A stretch of DNA of 63,983 nucleotides, the filler included, from Hydrolagus affinis (Eukaryota): the NCBI GenBank assembly GCA_012026655.1. It is 4 parts of 4 records of this genome, joined end to end, with 100 filler letters (N's around TTAATTAATTAA, not from the genome) between each part and the next. Parts side by side here need not be neighbours in the genome. Positions count along the whole stretch, not along the records: positions 1 to 24,199 come from JAAILG010010624.1; 3 more parts are not named here. One strand, written 5' to 3'. Position numbers and translations under genes: made by a program. Numbering within the stretch: the stretch's first letter is position 1; each line of letters opens with the position of its first letter. Shown here piece after piece: positions 12,530 through 24,299 of the stretch. A model generated the notes under the pieces. That model made no database searches. It saw only the letters and a program-made list of their open reading frames with translations, and had not been told where the DNA came from.

Positions 12530-13157
12530 ACCATGTGGAGTCCTGTAGCTCAGTAGTTACAGCACTCGCCTCACAGGCAAGATACAAGGGTTTTAATACA
12601 CGGCTGGGCGAAATGTGGGGCAAGTTTCCTTACGCAACATATATGTGGCTGTTTACATGGCAGTAAGTCGGAACTATGTTGTTAGCGGATTAGTGATTCG
12701 CTATTCCGGGCGTAAGAATTTCTTCAGAATATTGTTGATATTAATAAATTGGTCATTCAATCCAATGGATCTCTGATTTACGAAATCGGCTTTCGCGTTT
12801 CTCCCACGCAACAAGAAGTCAAAGCGTTTACATTACATTCTGTAAAGCGCTATGCTGCACCTCTATGATATGATATGGTGATATATCAAAGGCAAATACA
12901 TATCAAAGGAAACTTGATATTTTTTATTAAATACGGTATTGTCACAAGAAAACCTAAATATTCTTGGCTTTTCGGAAGACCTTTACGATATAGACGTCTT
13001 TCTGTGCAGTTCTAGTCGATTGCTGAACATTTTAAAAAGTAAATAAATCAATAGCTTGCGTTTATACAGCGCCATTCAGAAAGCGAATGTTGAGCCTGGC
13101 TGGAAACCATTTCCTATGAAATGTCTCCAATTGTGCACGTTCTGTACCTGCAATCCA

Positions 13158-13171
13158 CCGGCAGATGGCAC
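13158..13171 (+). promoter_or_regulatory. CTCF-type motif
   Basis: CCGGCAGATGGCAC, exact match to CCRSYAGRKGGCRS; paralogous to 2425. Confidence 0.65.
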
Positions 13172-14179
13172 ACTGAGCACATACAGTATCTAACATGAGC
13201 AGCAACTTGCCTGTTTCCTTTGCGTAACTAACTTACTTGTCAGCTATTGCATGTGCTTCCTGTTACAGTTGGTGTTGGAGCTTCATACACACTATAGCCT
13301 CTGCAGCTGAAAAGTGCTAATGTTTGTTTGCCTAAATATGTTATTGTTGTTCCAGAATCAATTGGCGTATCGCGTTTTCTATCTTATCGTCTTACCCCCA
13401 ATATAATCAACCTCTATTGAGTAGTTCTCACTCTGGTCTTCAACATGTTAGGTTTTCTCAATGGCTATATGGGCACTTTCTTTGGTAAATTGGGGGAAGG
13501 AGAATACAATTTTTCAGTTTAATTTTAAATTGCAGAAGTAAAGCTATTCTTAATTTGGGCCATCCTGCCTTGGATTCAGTTCCAAACAAGACTGCAAAGC
13601 GATAAAAGTTATAAGAGTTCCAGCCTTGTACAACATGCCTTCATATAGGAGTTGAAATAAAGCGTTCAGTATGAATAATTAAAAAATATATGTCTGCACT
13701 TTGAAGACAAATACAATCTGCAATTGGAACACAGTGACTCGCACAGAAATATTCACGAATTGTGGCTCCAACCAAGTTTTCTTGATAATATACCCTTGAC
13801 ACAGTCATGATTTAGAATTTCAGTCCAAACCATCATCTCTATGTACAGTTTTCAACCTGGAACCAAAATCCTCCCGACTCATTAGGTGTAATACCAGCAA
13901 CACAGGCAGTTTGTCAACTTGATTAAAGGAAGTAAACCTTTATTTGTGCATGAGAAATACCTCTATTCCTTCCACTCTAGAGCTGATCACTTGTCGCCAA
14001 TCATCAGCTGATTAAGGCGGAGATACACTGGTTAGTGTGAAACGCCTACAATATTCTTGAATAACCCACTGCCTGCACACATCACATCAGCCGCTGCCTC
14101 ACTACTTGAAACTGAAGCAGCCGAACAGACATATAAAGAGGAAGAGATTCCACTATCTGCCCTCACCTCAGCAGCCAGC

Positions 14180-15051
14180 ATGACAGGTCACTGTCAGTTA
14201 CTGATAGCAATCCTCACGATAGCCAGTAAGTATGTGTGGACATGCCTAGTGCATGTGATTTGGTATTAAAAGATGCTAAAAGCGCTATATCACATGCCAG
14301 TATCATTATTATATAATATTCGGTAGTGTAGCAAATAGAGCAATCCAATTGAACAAGAAAGCACTTCAGCGTAACTCACGGCAGGGCTAATTGTTGGACA
14401 ATTTGCTTTACACCAACACACGATTTTGTGAGTCTACCAGTAATTAGGAACTGTATTCAACTTCCAGCTCGAATCTTCTCTCCAAGAATTATTGATAATA
14501 TCAATATTTTGAGCGGTCAATCTCGAACTTTTTATGGAACACTGTTGTGCACAATTAGCTGTGAGTTTCGCCTGAAAAGGCGATTGGAGGCAATTCATTT
14601 GATTTTATATTCATTGGGTATTTTATGTATATTTTTGTAACGTCTCATTGTTGTGAAAATTCGAGCACAAAAACTCGATAATAGTTGGTATTATTCGAAT
14701 TGCACATAAATCTTTGCCTTGCCTTGTGAAAAAAAGTGGATTTTTTATTGCAGAAGTTATCGGGAAAGATGTAATATACCAATATCCTCCTGAGATAATG
14801 GAGTTTGAAGGACAAGACGTGAGAATAAACTGCAATTATTCCACTATCTATGCTGCCTTCTGGTACAGGCAATATCCAGATGGAGCTCTTCAGTACTTGC
14901 TGATGATCTATACCTCGGGAAAGGTAGACAAAGCTCCTGGTATTCCCGACCGCTTCACTGCCAAGCTGGACAAGGAGAATAAAGTATTTAACTTGCAAAT
15001 ACTCAGGGCTGATGTGGGTGACAGCGCCTTGTATTACTGTGCACTGGAGCC
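14180..15051 (+). CDS. TCR V segment V6 (family B), intact
   Basis: TATA-like atataaa at ~14131. Leader 14180-14225 (MTGHCQLLIAILTIA). V exon 14754-15051: DVIYQYPP...INCNY...FWYRQYP...SALYYCALE. Confidence 0.93.
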
Positions 15052-15090
15052 CACACTGTGACAGGAAGCCAGATACACTGTACAAAAACT
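15052..15090 (+). other. 23-RSS of V6
   Basis: CACACTG + 23 nt + ACAAAAACT. Confidence 0.92.
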
Positions 15091-16272
15091 CAGCAGACAA
15101 TCGTGACTTCCTCTCACACATTCAGCTTGGTGCTGCCGACACACAGAGGTGGCTACACTAGTATAAAAGGGAGGGCGGTGTACAGAGGTTGTGGGGGCAT
15201 GTAATGCAGAGGTTGTAGTACTCGCCTTGCCATCGAGTGGACTTGTGTTTGAATCCCAAGCGTTGGGAATCCTGAGGCAGTTTTCCATAATCTGGAAGAA
15301 CATACATCTTTATTTAGCAGTTGCTCAGAACCTTCCTGTTAGTCCATGGGTGGATCGGTATACCTGGGTTTATAATCCGTTAGATCAACACGATAATATA
15401 AATGCAATCACTCTATCGACGTATGTATGTGGGACACGGCTCTACGGATCAGCATGCCCGTGTTTCTTTCACTAAGACACACGCTGTCAAGACACATTAC
15501 AGTAGATTCTGTGAAGCGCCTTGAGACGTGCGAAAAATGTCGCTTTATCAAGTCCAAAGATATTTTTAAAATTATTGTTGCAGTACCATATAATAATAAT
15601 CATACTTCTAACTTCCGCGTAATACACTTAAAATCGAATAAAATGCTGTATATGATATATTAGATTCCTGACGGATGTACTGGGCTTTCACTCTAGTGGA
15701 GGCTTGGGGAGATATCTTGAAATGTCAGAGAAGTTGACAATCTGTGGAACGACCAAACAGAGATCCAGTCGATTTGTAGTAAGGGTAGGTAATGATTCCA
15801 TGTCCCTGCTTGAGCAATAAGAGCGTTTCTCCAGGTGACTAGGCAGACATTCCATCAACACAACTGTTTGTTCACTTCACAGATGATTGGAGGAACACTG
15901 CGTCACATAAACTGAATGCTGACGTTGCCAAACACACAATCTCTGCCCTCAGAGAGAATAGCCTGCGTGGAGCAGTGAGAATCTTCCATCAATTGACTTG
16001 ATAAGGATGTATGCAAGCTATTTGTAAATCTAAATAACTCATTGAAGGAACATTTCGTCCGATAGTGCATTCCCTTAGAAACTTATAATAATAGTATGAA
16101 TAACAATAACAGCTATATTTGATTGAATTCGATGCAGCACTAGATAACGTAATTTCGTTGATTCAAAGAGAATGGAAGACAATTGTGAAAAGTGCAGTAA
16201 CTTCCTATCTTGTGGGCTAAACGAACTCTGTTGCTAACCGATTGCAGAATGAATGTCACACCAGCAAACATA

Positions 16273-16302
16273 CAGGAAATGAGACGTCATTCGAGGCGTC
16301 AC
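16273..16302 (+). promoter_or_regulatory. Ets + CRE-like promoter module of family C V genes
   Basis: CAGGAAAT-GAGACGTCA...GGCGTCAC about 150 bp upstream of the ATG. Conserved at 6024-6052 and 54436-54465, and partly near 61500. Confidence 0.55.
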
Positions 16303-16430
16303 CGAGAGTATAGTTTTAACCTACACGGTTAGCGGCATTCGACAAGCATTCATGAACGTTTATCAGCAGTTAGCTTGTGTCACCTTGCATTTCACCTTGA
16401 GTTTCTGACATTAATCGACGAGGATTGAGA

Positions 16431-16889
16431 ATGAAGCCAAGTTACCAATCAACGTGTATTATTTTTAGTTTATTGATTTCGCTCTTCTGTAAGTAGACTG
16501 GGAGTTTAGACAATCACATGCATGTTTTGCGCTAAATAGTTAGAAGTTTAGTTGGAGATATTTTCATCCAAATTCCTTTAAAACAATGTTCATATCTGTT
16601 CCCTAGGTGTCTTGGCTGACAGCGAAGTGTCACAGATACATCAGGCACTGACAGAGAATGAAAATGGAAATGTATCCATTGAGTGCAACACCACTGTTGA
16701 CGTACCCACCTTCCAATGGTACAAACAGTATGGAAACGGCTCCATCCATTTACTGGTGAAGGGAAGCAGAGAGATAAAGGTGGAGGAGAGGATAAGTGCT
16801 TTGGCTAATACAAAAGTGAAGAACAGCACACTGACAATCAGAGCCGTGCGAATGACAGACACCGCCACTTACTTCTGTGCAGCAGAGAC
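16431..16889 (+). CDS. TCR V segment V7 (family C), intact
   Basis: Leader 16431-16488. V exon 16607-16889: ADSEVSQ...IECNTT...QWYKQ...TATYFCAAE. Confidence 0.93.
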
Positions 16890-16928
16890 CACAGTGCTGC
16901 GTGTCTAAGAGGAGCCTGTACACAAACC
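16890..16928 (+). other. 23-RSS of V7
   Basis: CACAGTG + 23 nt + ACACAAACC. Confidence 0.93.
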
Positions 16929-18550
16929 TGCTGCTGTATGTTACTGTAGCTCACTGGATATACCACTCGCCTTTTCGATCAATGAGCGTTTGTGGAAAAC
17001 TGCTTCTGTGGAATTGTCTGTCACATACAGCCGGCGATATATACCGTTACCACACTTCACTGCACAACAAGTAAAGCGCTTTGTAATGTCTCATAGACTT
17101 CATAATGTGTTATATCAAATGCAAGTATTATTATTCTTATCAATCTTTCTCTGCCGTGCAGTAAATTGGATCCCGGGTGACACTCATTTGGTGGAGAGCC
17201 TTTCAGCGTGTAGTAATCCACGAAACAAAATTTTTCGCCTTGATCCGTCATTTTTTGTGAGACGATGCTGTGTGCAGTTCTCTGCCAAACAATACACGAA
17301 TGCTACACTTTACAGTATATCAAGTGAAATGTTTAGAGAAGTTTTGAAGACTTGAAATGGTGCCTTATCAAAATGAAGGAATATTCCGACACACAGCTTC
17401 ATGTAGAATCTCACAAATATTTCGATGGATTTCCCAATGTTTCACACACACGGTTTATAAATATGATTATTTTCATATGAAGCCGATTTCAGTGAAATAA
17501 AATGCGCAGTACATATCTTGCAGGCATCAGTTATGCTATAAAAATATATGTTTGTTGCCAAAACTACCCAGAAGCCTGGAGTGGAAACGGTGCAGGATTG
17601 GAAATGTTCAGCAATCTGGGAGAGACATTTGAGAAACTGCTCATGCCACGTGGCTCCTCCTCTTTGGCTTTGAAACCCTCTCAATGGCTGGTTTCACCTC
17701 GTTACCCAATTTCCAGCTGCCCCAGGGAATGTGAATCCAACAAACATTGGGACATTGTCTAGCCCTGTGCACATACTCAGTGGCTTCCACTGAATACCTC
17801 GGCCTGCCTTGTGACGTCACTAATCGCTTCATAGACTAATCTGTAAAATGTAGTGACTCGGTGATTTGCAGGCGAAACCATGCAGCCAAATGTGCACAGA
17901 AATGTCACACAGACAGTTCTGGATTCAGTTGCATATTCTATAAGGGATAATTAACTCTGGAAACCAACCAGATAAATTGATGTATAGATGAACTGGTACT
18001 TCTCAATGGGTAAACAGAAGTGGGCGTGTAGAGTAAGGAAATTTATCCAACATTTCGCCCAACCTGGATCAAACACAGGCACGTTGCTTGTGAGGAAACG
18101 TGAAGCGCTCTGAGACGCCGTCCGGCGTGAAGGGCGCTACATAAATCGAAGCTGTTGTTTTCTTGTTAGTGGGGTGAGTGTAGATATCATTTAGTTATAG
18201 GAATCCACAGATGGAACAGATAAATGAATATCATGTAACTTTTTGGACGAATTGTAAAAGGATTATTGGTGTAAGTTGCTGCATGTGTCAGACACCCGGT
18301 TGATCAAACACATGTCAGTGTTGGAGGAGAACCAATGGAGAAGAGCGAGGGCAGAGCAGAGAAAATGACGCTCAATGACATAGACAAATGTGGTTATACA
18401 TAAACATCAGACCAGCTCCCTCACAGTGTATGGCAACTTCTGTATGTCATTCGCTGTTCAGCCCTCCTCACGGTATCTTCCTGCCTCCCATACAACATTC
18501 GCCAATTACACTATCAAAGCTCTCACTACAAACCGTGCCAATAAATACAC

Positions 18551-19240
18551 ATGACAATGTATATCTATGTGGCGGCAGCCGTCATCACCTTGTCAGGTAA
18601 GCATTCTGTCTGTATTTCTTTCCGAAAATATTAACCAACGCCTATGTTTTATCGAATAAGTTACATAATAATACAGAAAGAGCTTGAGGAGTTGGATTAT
18701 TCATTATTTTAGTGATTATAGGACTGGCTTCAGAGCCGAGATGATCATGGTTCGATTCCCTGGCAGGACAAGGCGAAACGTTACACAAACTACACTGTTT
18801 TTGCAAATTTTATTCTGTGAATTGAATGGAGATGTATCATCGACTCGATAACGCGCCTTATGAAATACAAGAGGATGATTAGAATTGTTGCTGCTGTATT
18901 GAATAATGATGTATTTCTGGTTTCCAGGGCTTTGTGTCGGAGACTCTGTGACACAGCTCCAATCTACTGTGGCAGTGAGTGAAGGAGAATATGCCTATCT
19001 GCTGTGTAATTATACAGCTATAAGCGACAGCACTCCATATATATTTTGGTACCGTCACTATCCCAACGCAGCTCCAGAATATATCCTGATGGTGTACACC
19101 AGCACCAACAAGGAGTTTCGTGCAGAATTTGCAAAAGAACGTTTCTCAACAAATTTGGATAAAGTTCGGCGAACCGTTCCACTAAATATATCCCAAGTGA
19201 GAGTTACAGAGTCGGCCGTGTATTACTGTGCACTGAGCAC
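18551..19240 (+). CDS. TCR V segment V8 (family A), intact
   Basis: Leader 18551-18596. V exon 18928-19240: GDSVTQ...LLCNY...FWYRHYP...SAVYYCALS. Confidence 0.93.
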
Positions 19241-19279
19241 CACAGAGACACAGATCAGCGCTACCGCCCTACAAAAACT
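19241..19279 (+). other. 23-RSS of V8
   Basis: CACAGAG + 23 nt + ACAAAAACT. Confidence 0.94.
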
Positions 19280-20320
19280 ACCATGTGGAGGCCTGTAGCT
19301 CGGCAGAGAAAGCACGCGCCTCACTAATGAGATCCAAATGGGTTCGATTCCCGACAATGCGAAATGTTGAGCAAAATTGCTGACACCACACACGGGAATC
19401 GGTTTTCTGCGCAAAAATTAGGAAACCGTCGATAGTTGATCAGTGAATCCTTTTTCCAGGGGTATAACTTCCTTCGAAATAATACTACAACTACCACCAA
19501 TAATAAATTCAACATTCTGTCCAATGGATGACTGATGCGAGCAAATAGCTTCTGTGCTTCGCCCACAATATACGCAGTTAAATCGCTTAATATACATACT
19601 GTAGATTGCTTTGATGCATCTCGAAGATGTGATATAGCGTATTGTCAAATGTAAGGATTTAGTTTTGTTAAATATATATATTTTTTGAATTAAATAGCTT
19701 AAAATAGTCTTGCTAAAATAGCAATTTGGTGACGGATCATTAGTACGCATGTGGAGTAAGAAAATGTCCCGTAGGTTTCGCCCTGTACTACCTGGATTCG
19801 AAACAAAGGGCTCAAGATTTTAATGCAAGCGTTCTAACCACTGAACTACAGTAGGCCACATGATGTTTCCGGTGTAAATGGAGGCAAGGCGGAAGGATTG
19901 AACCAGAAAGTTACACATTTTCGGAGGCAATTATTATTGACAGCAAAGAATAATGGGAAATTGCAGAGAAATAAATTACATTGGGGGATCATATATAAGC
20001 AGATACACGTCAGGGAATGTACATAATAATGATAGTATTCCTCGAATTTGATATATCGCATTTTCCGTCTTCTAGACGCCTGAAAGCGCTTCGCAGAATA
20101 CAATGTACAGTCAATTGACTGTGTATTTTGTGGGCGAAACGCACAGCAGTTGGAATTGGATTGGAGACCAATTGCCCTCCAACCTGAAGTGTATGCAGGG
20201 AAATGAGACGAATGTATAACATTTCCAATGGAGGAGACAGGAACAGGGAAGTAAAGGCAGGCAGCAAACCAATTTGCGATCACATGTCTCCAATTGTACT
20301 CCTGCTGTTGCATCTACTCT

Positions 20321-20334
20321 CCAGTAGGTGGTGC
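20321..20334 (+). promoter_or_regulatory. CTCF-type motif
   Basis: CCAGTAGGTGGTGC (one mismatch), at the position paralogous to 2425 and 13158. Confidence 0.6.
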
Positions 20335-20539
20335 ACTAATGACACATGAAATCAAGTTACTTCCGTAACTAATGAAAATTGCACTACAGCAGGTGTTTCC
20401 TGTTACAGTTGGCATAGATTCCCTCATATAACCTTTTACAGCTTCAGCTTAGAATGTACAACCGTTTGTCTCACCAATGATTACTATTGATGAAGAAGCA
20501 ATTTTCATGCCTTTTTTCCCTATTTTATTATTTCTCCCT

Positions 20540-20852
20540 AATGAGCAGCCTCTTGAGGTGGCTGTATTTGAGGAAAAGAACGTGAGATTAACCTGCAGTG
20601 TTTCAGGATTGTGCACTGTCTACTGGTACAGGCAATATCCTGGAGGATCTTTTCAGTACTTGCTGAAGACCTATACCTCTGGAACTGAAGTCCAAGCTCC
20701 TGGTATTCCTGACCGTCTCACTGTCGCGATGAACAAGGAGAATCAATTCATTAACTTGCAGACGCTCAGGGTGTTGTGGAGGACGGCGCCGTGTATTACT
20801 GTGCCCTGGAGCCCACACGCTTACAGGAGGGCTGATACACTGCACAGAAACC
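20540..20852 (+). pseudogene. TCR V segment V9 (family B), 5'-truncated pseudogene with degenerate RSS
   Basis: RLTCSV...YWYRQYP..., with a 1-nt deletion at ~20771 just before the YYCALE frame. No leader upstream. RSS CACACGC + 23 nt + ACAGAAACC at 20814-20852. Confidence 0.88.
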
Positions 20853-21799
20853 CAGCAGACCATCGTGACTTCCTCTCACTCCCTTTCTTGTCGCTTTCCA
20901 GAAAACTGATGCCGTTAGACAAGCAACAAGCAGAGCTGACTGGGTGGTGTTCACAAGCTGGGGAGTCATGTGGATAGGTTGGAGCGATCAAGTTGCATTT
21001 GCCCTTTCTTTACACACAAATAAGTCTGTTTAGCCTGCGCACACTCAGAAGCACCATGGTAATTGTTATAGACGTCTTCAAGGCGACTCAAACAGCTTCG
21101 CAGAATGTACTCACCAGTGAGCTGGCTCCAGTTTTTTTTCTAACGCAAAACGCAGCAGCCAATTGCAGATAGCAGTATCCCACAAACAAACGTGGATTGA
21201 ATTGACAAATTTATTATGATTTCCTTTTTTTTACTTGAGGGATTATTTTCAGGCCCAAATAATAAAATGTGAAGCGTTATGAGACACAGTAATGCTCCAT
21301 GTGTTGATAGTAGTGTTATCACATGATTAGTGTTTTCTTTCTAACAATTTATGCTTAGGCTTGGAGAGTTAATAGGAGCTGAGAAGGAGGATTCACTCCT
21401 CCCCTTGACTGGTGATAAGATCCTGTTTAAAAGCCATAGGTTGCTGTATTTGAACCCCGTCATTGGTGTAAATCAGGTGACGTGAGACTGTGGACTTCGC
21501 CAATGACGCACAATCACTGTGGGATATCAGCAAACGCATGTTTGAGACTCAACCACACAGGCTGCAGACCAACAAATGCGGCTTTTTGTTGCGTGTCTTA
21601 TGCTGGGAACCTATACGGCATGTGAGGTCGATGTTGAGCTATCTCAGTGTTGGTGCTGTTTGCCAGCTCCATTTCTATGAGTCAAGCGATAAAACTTGGG
21701 TTCAATTCCCGGGCAGGGCGCAAATTTAGGTTGGTTTACCAACAGTAAACAGGCATGCGGCTGCTTGATCTCTGAGCTGAAACCAGGAGGTAATAATCG

Positions 21800-22130
21800 T
21801 AGAATCATAGAATTATATGGCACAAAAGGAGGCCATTCGGCCCATGTAGTCTGTGCTGGCTCTTTGCACAGACCAATTCAATCCCATTGCCCTGCCCTTC
21901 CCCATAACCTATGTTCTCCCTAAATAAAGAGCTAGTTTTTAAAAGCTGTTGTGTGCCTCCACCACATTTTCAGGCAATGCATTCCGAATTCTAACAACCC
22001 GCTGAGTGAAAACATTTATCCTCAGCTCCCCTCTGCTTCGTTTTGAAACTGTTTCAAATTTTTGACCACAAGTCACAATTTCCACAAATTTGGAAACCTT
22101 ACTACATGAACCCAAATCCAAATCATTAAT
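21800..22130 (-). mobile_element. CR1-type LINE 3' fragment
   Basis: Minus-strand RT C-terminal remnant (ELRINVFTQRVVRIRNALPENVVEA) and an agaatcatagaa tail. Confidence 0.7.
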
Positions 22131-22304
22131 AATAAGAAGAAGAATTTTTTTTTCAACTGAAAACTCTTCAGTGGATTGGCAGGTATATTTTTCGACGACA
22201 TTTAACGCTTAAAAAAAGCATCGCTGTTAATATAAGGAGTTTTGTAGCTCAATGGTTAGAGCACTTGCCTTAAAAAGCGTGAGACCTTCGTTCGAATCCT
22301 GGAC

Positions 22305-22975
22305 ACCTCGGCTATTAATGACCAGCTATGAGCGGAGTGCTGTGGCTTCCTGTAGAGCAGTGGTTAGATCGCTCGCCTATCAAGCGTGAGACCTGTGTTC
22401 GAATCCAGGCAGGTCAGGGCGAAACCTTAGGCACGTTTGCTTACTCCACACACACACGACTAATAATAATCCGTCCAAAAAATACAACAATAACAAAAAT
22501 TCGTCATTTCAATCCACGAATGTTTGTGGGGACGCTGCTGTGCGCTACTTCCTGCCACGTTTCGCCCACAAATGCTTTGAGACATCGGTAAGATGTGAAA
22601 CGCATTACATCAAATGCAAATATTATTATAACGCTTTCCATGTTTTCTAAACTGTGTCTCAAACCGCTTCATAGAATATACTTCAAAGTGAATTAACCAT
22701 ATATTTGTGGGCGAAACTCGGCAGCCAATTGCGAAAAGCAATGTCCCGAAAAACATCGTGGATTGAAATGATCAATTTTATTATTTTGATATTTATTGGA
22801 CAGAATATTATTAGGCTTGTGTGTGTGTGTGGAGTAGGTAAACTTGCCTAAGGTGTCGCCCTGACCTGCCTGGTATCGAGCACAGGTCTCACGCTTGATA
22901 GGCAAGCGCTCTAACCGCTGCGCTACAGGAAGCCACCTGACTCTGCTCATAGCTCGTCATTGATAGCCGAGTTGA
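22305..22975. mobile_element. Two tRNA-derived SINEs tail-to-tail forming an imperfect palindrome
   Basis: Plus copy ~22305-22628 and minus copy ~22630-22975. Both share a ~45-nt leader upstream of the tRNA head (tcggctat.aatgac.agctatgagc.gagt). Confidence 0.85.
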
Positions 22976-23178
22976 CGTGAAACTGTGGGCAATGTCGACA
23001 ATCACTTCGGGTAGTCAGCCAACTGATATCACAGAGACAAACGCAGAGACTGACGATGAGACTGTTTGCTGTGTGTCTCGTGTTGGGAACCTTTACGGCA
23101 GGTGAGGTCGTGTTTGGCTAATTCAGTGTCGCTGCTGATCAACAAATCCATTTCATCAAGAACTAGCGTTGAAGGGCA

Positions 23179-23250
23179 GTCCTGTAGCTCAGTGGTTAGA
23201 TTTCTCGCATTGTAAGCGCCAGGACCTGGGTTCGATTCCCGTACAGGGCG
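23179..23250 (+). pseudogene. 72-nt tRNA-like sequence (tRNA pseudogene or isolated SINE head)
   Basis: Acceptor stem GTCCTGT/ACAGGGC pairs 7/7; A box and B box (GGTTCGATTCC) present. D and anticodon stems are imperfect and no SINE body follows. Confidence 0.5.
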
Positions 23251-23869
23251 ACTTTCCTGAGAGCACACGCCCGCCTCTGTTCAGCATCACTAAACACCGG
23301 TTGAATCGCATCCAATCAATAATAATTTCGCGACTTAAATACTTTAATGGGTCTTTATTTTCGGAAGTGGGGGTGGGGTAATTAATCCCCTCAAATAAAT
23401 TTAAATGACTAATTTGTTATTTTATTCTAGGCCTGCAGATGTACGCAGTTGTCCGCTGGGTGTCGCTCACAGCAATACAGAACAATTCACATCACAATAT
23501 ACTCTGTGCAGCTGTTTCAAACTTGTCAGTACATTCAGATCTTTTAATTGAAAATTAAACTGTCACAATTTTATGTGGCTTTTGCCGTCGGCAGGGAGTC
23601 CAAAGGACCCCAAAAAACTTCAGGCAAATTGTGAGTAATATATTGCCGCGCTAATAATAATAATGTTACTGCTATTATTCTTTGCATTTCAAACAGCGCT
23701 TTTCGCATCTTATCGAAGTCTCAAAGCGCTTCACAGTGTTTACTGTAAATTACTTGTGGGCGAAATGCGGCAGCAATTAGTGAACGAGTTTCACGCACCA
23801 GGTACAGGTGCTGTAGATCTACTTCTGTTGTAAAATGATAAAAAATATATCATACCTGTTTTGCATTTA

Positions 23870-24199
23870 GAGATCCTGTGGCTCAGTGGTTAGGGCACTC
23901 ACCTTACGAGCGTGGCATCTGTGTTCGAATCCAGGCAGGTCAGGAAAGAATATTGGGCAAGTATCCCTTCCCACCCCCCAAACTCACCCACCCCCCTCCC
24001 CCCCTCCACACACACACACAAACACACACACCTAATAATTAACCCTACAAAAAAACACAAAATTAAATTGTTCTTTTCAAACCACAATTTTATGTAGGGG
24101 GACGCTGCTGTGTGCACTTGGCTGCCGCGTTTCGCTCAAAAACATACAGTCAAATCACTTTACCGTATCTTCTGTGAAGCGCTCTGAGACATAGTCGAC
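23870..24199 (+). mobile_element. tRNA-derived SINE running into the gap
   Basis: Head gtggctcagtggttagggcac...gttcgaatcc, then core gggacgctgctgtgtgcac.tggctgccgcgtttcgc, which from memory resembles Deu-domain SINE tails. Confidence 0.8.
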
Positions 24200-24299
24200 N
24201 NNNNNNNNNNNNNNNNNNNNNNNNNNNNNNNNNNNNNNNNNNNTTAATTAATTAANNNNNNNNNNNNNNNNNNNNNNNNNNNNNNNNNNNNNNNNNNNN
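24200..24299. other. Assembly gap (N44-TTAATTAATTAA-N44)
   Basis: Fixed 100-nt spacer; the same filler occurs at 39652 and 53690. Confidence 0.98.

Larger units (their letters stand above)
11328..18600 (+). repeat. Segmental duplication, copy 1 (A-B-C-A' V cassette)
   Basis: Colinear with 56554-63815, including introns, SINEs and intergenic DNA. Confidence 0.9.

Noticed and set aside
24244-24255. TTAATTAATTAA motif inside the gaps (also 39696-39707 and 53734-53745)
   Set aside because: Identical six-frame-stop filler centred in 100-nt N spacers; an assembly artefact.
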